Shown: piece by piece, positions 34,279 to 38,679 of the stretch
Layout of the letters: every line of letters starts with the position of its first letter
How positions within the stretch are numbered: position 1 is the stretch's first letter
IMG/VR virus record: IMGVR_UViG_3300030207_000331
Span: 1 to 38,679 of that record
Direction: 5' to 3' (one strand)
Length of the DNA stretch: 38,679 bases
Source: a virus
Taxonomy: Duplodnaviria; Caudoviricetes
Program-made: the position numbers and the translations under genes
Notes under the pieces: generated by a model
What the model was told of the DNA's origin: nothing
The model's database searches: none
The model's input: the letters and a program-made list of their open reading frames with translations, nothing else

Positions 34279-34726
34279 TAGTATTAAAAATTGTTAGTAT
34301 TATCATACCATCTTCTATTTTATATGAGATGATATTACCTTCTAGTTCAAATGTGCCTTCCGTTGATTGTGTTTCACCAAACATATTTTCTACAATCTGT
34401 CTGGATATTTGTGCATAAATACGACTTTCTAAATTTCTTATAAATCTTGCTAATGTAGTATTCTCAGCATCTCTTTCTAATTCATCTTGTAATGCTTTTA
34501 TTTCTTCTTTTATAGTCATCTTACGCATATGTTCTTGATTTTCTATCGTAAGATAATGAGAACTTGTATTTACACCAGAAAAAGATGGTGACTTAAATTT
34601 AAAAGTTATTTGATCAGCACTTAAATTAACACCAATAATACCTAAAGACATTACTAAACCTATTATTAGCAAGCTTCTAATTATAAATATTTTTTCTTGT
34701 TCTTCTTTAATCTTTTCTTTGATCAT
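34226..34726 (-). CDS. csgF: Curli assembly protein CsgF
   Basis: F.FKSPSFSG, L.IENQ, F..NLESRIYAQIS; directly upstream of csgG. Confidence 0.85.
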   Translation of the reverse strand: MIKEKIKEEQEKIFIIRSLLIIGLVMSLGIIGVNLSADQITFKFKSPSFSGVNTSSHYLTIENQEHMRKMTIKEEIKALQDELERDAENTTLARFIRNLESRIYAQISRQIVENMFGETQSTEGTFELEGNIISYKIEDGMIILTIFNTNDGTTTEISLPLGDFSF

Positions 34727-35057
34727 CTCTATCTGCCTTTGCTATTTTATTACTATCAATTAGTTGTGGTACACCTAATATAGTTTTAATTAATGTATCT
34801 TGTCTAATAATTTCATTGTCTAAACTTCTAATTCTATCTATAAGAGCCACTAAAATACCATGCTGACTATCAAGTTTTGTACCTAATCTTTCTTCTATTG
34901 CTGCAATTTGACTTTCTACTTTCTCATCAACAGTATCAAGTTTTGTTTCCATGCCATCTACAATACGCATAATAAGTTTATATATAAACCAACCTAAACC
35001 TAATGCTGCTGCTATTGGGAATCCTACCTCTTGTATTAATTGAACTGCAGATTCCAT
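34707..35057 (-). CDS. Single-TM coiled-coil protein (YvrJ/holin-like N-terminus)
   Basis: IQEVGFPIAAALGLGWFIY followed by a coiled coil. Confidence 0.6.
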   Translation of the reverse strand: MESAVQLIQEVGFPIAAALGLGWFIYKLIMRIVDGMETKLDTVDEKVESQIAAIEERLGTKLDSQHGILVALIDRIRSLDNEIIRQDTLIKTILGVPQLIDSNKIAKADRDDQRKD

Positions 35058-35476
35058 TATTCTATTGGTGTATATGCACCTGCATCAATAAGTTTTTGTC
35101 TATTAATAAGATGTTCTGCTTCTATATCTAATTTACTTTGACCATGATAAGAAACTGCTAAATTTTCATCAATCATTGACTGATTAATATCTTTCCCATC
35201 AATTAATATCTTACCTAATATTCTTCCAAATTTACCTTTGCTATCTTTTTCAGTTTTAATAATAGTATCTGTGCCATTATCAATATGATCTTGTATGTAT
35301 TTTGCAGCTAATTTACCTCTAGCTTTTTCATCTAAATCTCTTGTCCTAGATTCTGGAGTATCAATACCATACATCCTAACTCTAGTTTTGTGTAATATAG
35401 AAAAACCACAATCAATTATTACATCAACTGTGTCACCATCAACTACTCTAGTTATTTCACATTTATATTCATACAT
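35057..35476 (-). CDS. Thermonuclease (SNase-like)
   Basis: RVVDGDT, RMYGIDTPESR, GKFGRILG. Confidence 0.9.
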   Translation of the reverse strand: MYEYKCEITRVVDGDTVDVIIDCGFSILHKTRVRMYGIDTPESRTRDLDEKARGKLAAKYIQDHIDNGTDTIIKTEKDSKGKFGRILGKILIDGKDINQSMIDENLAVSYHGQSKLDIEAEHLINRQKLIDAGAYTPIE

Positions 35477-35718
35477 TATCTTTTTTTTCCTTTATGTAAT
35501 CCATGTTTTGCGTGTTGTTTACCTTTTCTAGTAGCTGCTCTCTTTTTTCTATTTGCTGCTGCTAATTTTCTTCTACCTTTTTTTGTTGATTTTAATCTTT
35601 GTATTTGTTTTTTAGGAGCATATACCTCTCCTGTTTCGCTAGATTTTTTACCACTAGGAGTAGTCCAATCTTGATCTGTCCAATTCTTTAGACTTTTTTG
35701 CGTTTTTTTTAAGGGCAT
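35476..35718 (-). CDS. Small basic protein (DUF5872-like second half)
   Basis: QKSLKNWTDQDWTT...GEVYAPKK; K/R-rich. Confidence 0.65.
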   Translation of the reverse strand: MPLKKTQKSLKNWTDQDWTTPSGKKSSETGEVYAPKKQIQRLKSTKKGRRKLAAANRKKRAATRKGKQHAKHGLHKGKKR

Positions 35719-36398
35719 TAATTTTCCTCATTATATAAATTATCAAATACTTGATTTACATCTAAAGCATAATCTAAATCATTTCTACTATAGTGTATAT
35801 GTTGCGATGGTTTAAAATCTGGTGCTCCATGACCAGCTTCAAACCAAGCTGGATGTGTTACTCTAACTCTATTATTTGGTAAAGCTACAATATTACCAGT
35901 CCATTTACCAGCATCTAACAACTCTAATACATGACTTTGTTTATGTTGTGCTGGATCATCTGCTATTTCATTTTCTGCATAGTCTACTGTAAATAAATAT
36001 CTAGCAGGATACATATCACCATCTATCTTAGCTAACCAAGGAGAAGGTGTTGCTCTATCTAAAACATATACTGAGTGATTATAAGAAGAACAATCCCAAG
36101 GCTGTGCTGCCCAAACAGGCATTGGTTCTGCCCATTCATCTACTGGTATATCTGCAACTAAAGCTGTTATAGGCATCCTTGCCCACATAGCTCCACCATA
36201 CACATTATCTTGATCAAGATCGTCATAGGTTTCTGCACCTGTAAATATTACTTGAAAACTCAAACAACGACATGGCATTGTAGTTACAGCTATTGCCATA
36301 GCGTGTAAAAATTCTCCATGATATTTTTCGTGATTATGTGTATATTCTTTTCTAACCCAACATTTAAAATGTGGTATATTGCTTTGTAAATAAGCCAT
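35718..36398 (-). CDS. Conserved phage hypothetical protein
   Basis: 226 aa; CWVRKEY, GGAMWARMPI, QPWDC, HKQSH, ALPNNR. Confidence 0.8.
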   Translation of the reverse strand: MAYLQSNIPHFKCWVRKEYTHNHEKYHGEFLHAMAIAVTTMPCRCLSFQVIFTGAETYDDLDQDNVYGGAMWARMPITALVADIPVDEWAEPMPVWAAQPWDCSSYNHSVYVLDRATPSPWLAKIDGDMYPARYLFTVDYAENEIADDPAQHKQSHVLELLDAGKWTGNIVALPNNRVRVTHPAWFEAGHGAPDFKPSQHIHYSRNDLDYALDVNQVFDNLYNEEN

Positions 36399-36419
36399 AA
36401 CTCTTTCCCTTAGTTTTAA

Positions 36420-36602
36420 TTATTTATATCCACCACCTGCTTTTTTATAAGCTTTAGCAAGCATTTGTGCTTTTCTTGCTGACCATTGACCAGGTCTACC
36501 GCCTTTGCTACCAGCTTTTATTCTGTTAAAAATACGCTTACGCATACCTGGTTTAGTATAATTACCAGCTTTATTTACTGTAGATTTTTTTTGTCTACTC
36601 AT
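36420..36602 (-). CDS. Small basic protein (DUF5872-like first half)
   Basis: NYTKP.MRKR....KAGSKGG.PGQWSARKAQMLA..YKKAGGGY; ATGA-coupled start at 36602. Confidence 0.75.
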   Translation of the reverse strand: MSRQKKSTVNKAGNYTKPGMRKRIFNRIKAGSKGGRPGQWSARKAQMLAKAYKKAGGGYK

Positions 36603-36784
36603 CCTATAAACCTCGATAAAATTACGCTTCCCACTATAAATGGATATACTGCCCAAAGCATCATTTCTAACTTATCAAAACGGCTAGAACCATCTTCAAG
36701 TCTTTTATCAATGCTTTTATATATAGCTTTACATTCTCTTTCGTGAGATTCAATAGCATTTAAAGCGTCTTTAACAGTAGTCAT
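36599..36784 (-). CDS. Small coiled-coil + TM protein
   Basis: HERECKAIY..I.KRL..G..RFDKLE followed by a hydrophobic tail. Confidence 0.7.
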   Translation of the reverse strand: MTTVKDALNAIESHERECKAIYKSIDKRLEDGSSRFDKLEMMLWAVYPFIVGSVILSRFIG

Positions 36785-36984
36785 TATTTTTCTTTTTTCT
36801 CTTTAGTTTTTTCTACAACTTCTTCTGCAGCATCTTTAGTATATTCTGCAAGAAGATTAGTAAAAACTGATTTGCTTGCTTTTATTTGATCAAGTTGAAA
36901 ATTTAATTGTGATTCTTTAGTGGTTAAATCTTCTATTTGTGCTTTACAATATTGTTGTTCTTTAGTTAGTTCTTTATCTGTCAT
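36784..36984 (-). CDS. Small coiled-coil protein
   Basis: 66 aa, AGGGA RBS. Confidence 0.65.
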   Translation of the reverse strand: MTDKELTKEQQYCKAQIEDLTTKESQLNFQLDQIKASKSVFTNLLAEYTKDAAEEVVEKTKEKKEK

Positions 36985-37012
36985 AATATTCCCTGTTAAA
37001 AATTAATAACTA

Positions 37013-37043
37013 ATTATAATGCATAATGCAATCAAATTGAAAT
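37013..37043 (-). promoter_or_regulatory. Promoter/operator, copy 2 of the 31-bp repeat
   Basis: TTCAAT-17 bp-TATAAT on the - strand; 27/31 identical to 3785-3815. Confidence 0.65.
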
Positions 37044-37739
37044 CTATACATCCCAACAATTAAGATTTGAGGCAATAGTTCTTCTTTCGCCTTTGCCTTT
37101 GAACGGATACACCATATGTTGTAACCAAGATGGAAATATCAACAACTTACCTACCTCTGGTGTCATTACAAATGATTGTGCTGGTTTAAGTCTATCACTA
37201 TCTATAACTGAAACTTGTCCATATTGAAAAGCTATACAGCCGTCTGAATGTCCTGATTCATTATACAAAGAATAAGTTGGACTATTAGCTGTAGCTTTTT
37301 TGCCTATTTGTGAAGGTACTTTAGTCCAAGCTGTAGTAGATATACCCATAAGAGTTTTAGTGCCATGATCGTGAATAGGATTATAGTCACCATCATAACT
37401 ATGAACTGACCAAGTTTCATCAATTTCAACTCTTTTTGCATTTTTTAATTTATTACCCATATTAGCAAAGTTTCTAATATATTCAGCACCCAAACTACAT
37501 ACAAAATCATTATATGCAATCAAACGCTTGTCTGTGTGATCTAATAATAATTGTTCTCCACTATGTATTTGACCAACTAATGTTTTAGCTAATGATTCTT
37601 TATTTTTACTTTCTCTATATTCATCCATATAGTCATTGACATCATCAATCATGTCTTGCGGCATTTGTGTCTCTAAGACATATACCGCAGGCATATTATG
37701 GAATTTATATTCTACTTTTGCTTCCCCATTATCCATCAT
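37044..37739 (-). CDS. 2OG-Fe(II) oxygenase superfamily protein
   Basis: YNPIHDH, LLIFPSWLQHMVYPF, RRTIASN. Confidence 0.85.
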   Translation of the reverse strand: MMDNGEAKVEYKFHNMPAVYVLETQMPQDMIDDVNDYMDEYRESKNKESLAKTLVGQIHSGEQLLLDHTDKRLIAYNDFVCSLGAEYIRNFANMGNKLKNAKRVEIDETWSVHSYDGDYNPIHDHGTKTLMGISTTAWTKVPSQIGKKATANSPTYSLYNESGHSDGCIAFQYGQVSVIDSDRLKPAQSFVMTPEVGKLLIFPSWLQHMVYPFKGKGERRTIASNLNCWDV

Positions 37740-38059
37740 TAACTAGGTACGCTAAATGCTTGGTCTGGCGTGCTCTCAACAGGTGGGTTAGTTATAACGC
37801 TATCTACTTGACTAGCAAATACTGCATCCCATTGTGACACAGGACAGATAGCCACTAAATTAGCGTTAGTCCAACTACTTTTAGCTTTTAGAGTAAAACC
37901 ATTTACTGCTTGCTCTACTGTAGTGTTAAAAGTAGAAGTATAGTAAGTGCTGTCACCCTCACTATCATTTGTATATGTCATCTCTATATCCCACTTATCT
38001 ACTTTACTAGATGAGTTTACATAGGGAACACATTTTGTTATTGCTTTACTTACTGCCAT
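37739..38059 (-). CDS. Hypothetical tail-fibre-associated protein
   Basis: 106 aa, GGAGG RBS, directly after the tail fibre gene. Confidence 0.7.
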   Translation of the reverse strand: MAVSKAITKCVPYVNSSSKVDKWDIEMTYTNDSEGDSTYYTSTFNTTVEQAVNGFTLKAKSSWTNANLVAICPVSQWDAVFASQVDSVITNPPVESTPDQAFSVPS

Positions 38060-38060
38060 T

Positions 38061-38678
38061 TTATTCCTCCTTTAAGGTTTGTATTTCGGCTTTTAATTCA
38101 TCTACTTGCGTAGACAGTTCTTGAATTGATTTTACTAACATGGGTATAAGAGCAGCTTCAGCAATTTCTTGTTGTCCACTTTCCATTACATTCCACATTT
38201 TAAATCCATCAACAATTTCAGGGTGACTATCTATAACTTCTTTTACTTCTTGTGCTATAAAACCATGATTAGTAGTAGCAAACTTATAAGGTTCTATTGA
38301 GTCTTTTTCATAGCCATTAAATTCTTCTGGTATATCACCTTTGTTTTTATAATTAAAAGTTCTAGGTCTTAAATCATTTATAAAACTTAATCCTGCTGTT
38401 GAATCTTCAATATCTTTTTTAACCCTTCTGTCAGAAACTGTTGCCCAAGTTGCTACACCATTTTGTGCTCTAATGTCATCAGTACCAAGTCCTATTGTAG
38501 TAAAACCACCAACAGCAGAAATACCATAACCTAATCCATTTGCGTTAGAGTCTGTTGCATTACCTGCATCAATACCAGAACCAATTAAAGTACAAAAACC
38601 TGCGGTGGTTATGTTATCGCCACAAGCAGTACCAACTACCGTATTGTGAGCACCTGTAGTGACTGATACTGCTGCACT
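38061..38678 (-). CDS. Tail fibre C-terminus with peptidase S74 intramolecular chaperone (partial)
   Basis: TTGAHNTVVG Gly/Thr repeats, then SDRRVKKDI, LRPRTF, HGFIAQEV, LVKSIQEL coiled coil; stop at 38061-38063. Confidence 0.88.
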   Translation of the reverse strand, partial: SAAVSVTTGAHNTVVGTACGDNITTAGFCTLIGSGIDAGNATDSNANGLGYGISAVGGFTTIGLGTDDIRAQNGVATWATVSDRRVKKDIEDSTAGLSFINDLRPRTFNYKNKGDIPEEFNGYEKDSIEPYKFATTNHGFIAQEVKEVIDSHPEIVDGFKMWNVMESGQQEIAEAALIPMLVKSIQELSTQVDELKAEIQTLKEE

Positions 38679-38679
38679 A

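Noticed and set aside
5036-36746. Short ORFs opposite long genes (e.g. 5036, 6131, 10971, 13825, 18934, 20698, 25312, 26936, 35295, 36486)
   Set aside because: Shadow ORFs arising from codon bias on the coding strand.

Overview
This is a ~38.7 kb fragment of a low-GC tailed phage genome, probably a marine podovirus-type phage with a proteobacterial host (inferred). 1-3.4 kb is a + strand operon: AAA-ATPase C-terminus, DUF3150-like protein, VWA/HEXXH metallopeptidase and two small ORFs. Three of its intergenic spacers each carry a long hairpin, a type III hammerhead ribozyme and a conserved RBS leader. 3.4-3.8 kb is a dense control region with two terminators, DnaA-box-like sites, a promoter/terminator-bounded anti-Shine-Dalgarno sRNA candidate and a parS-like palindrome. 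3.8-12.4 kb holds an Arc-like repressor, a Twinkle/gp4-like primase-helicase and a recombination module (PD-(D/E)XK nuclease, Sak-like annealase, SSB, Ref-like HNH, RusA). 12.4-38.7 kb is a - strand late region: tail fibre with S74 chaperone, 2OG-Fe(II) oxygenase, thermonuclease, a csgF-csgG-curlin-FecR-CHASE2/cyclase cluster, holin, lysozyme, tail and ejection proteins, and a 2994-aa polyvalent protein. The top candidate for a novel system is the hammerhead-punctuated operon, possibly paired with the anti-RBS sRNA. All family calls come from motif recognition by eye; no searches were run.
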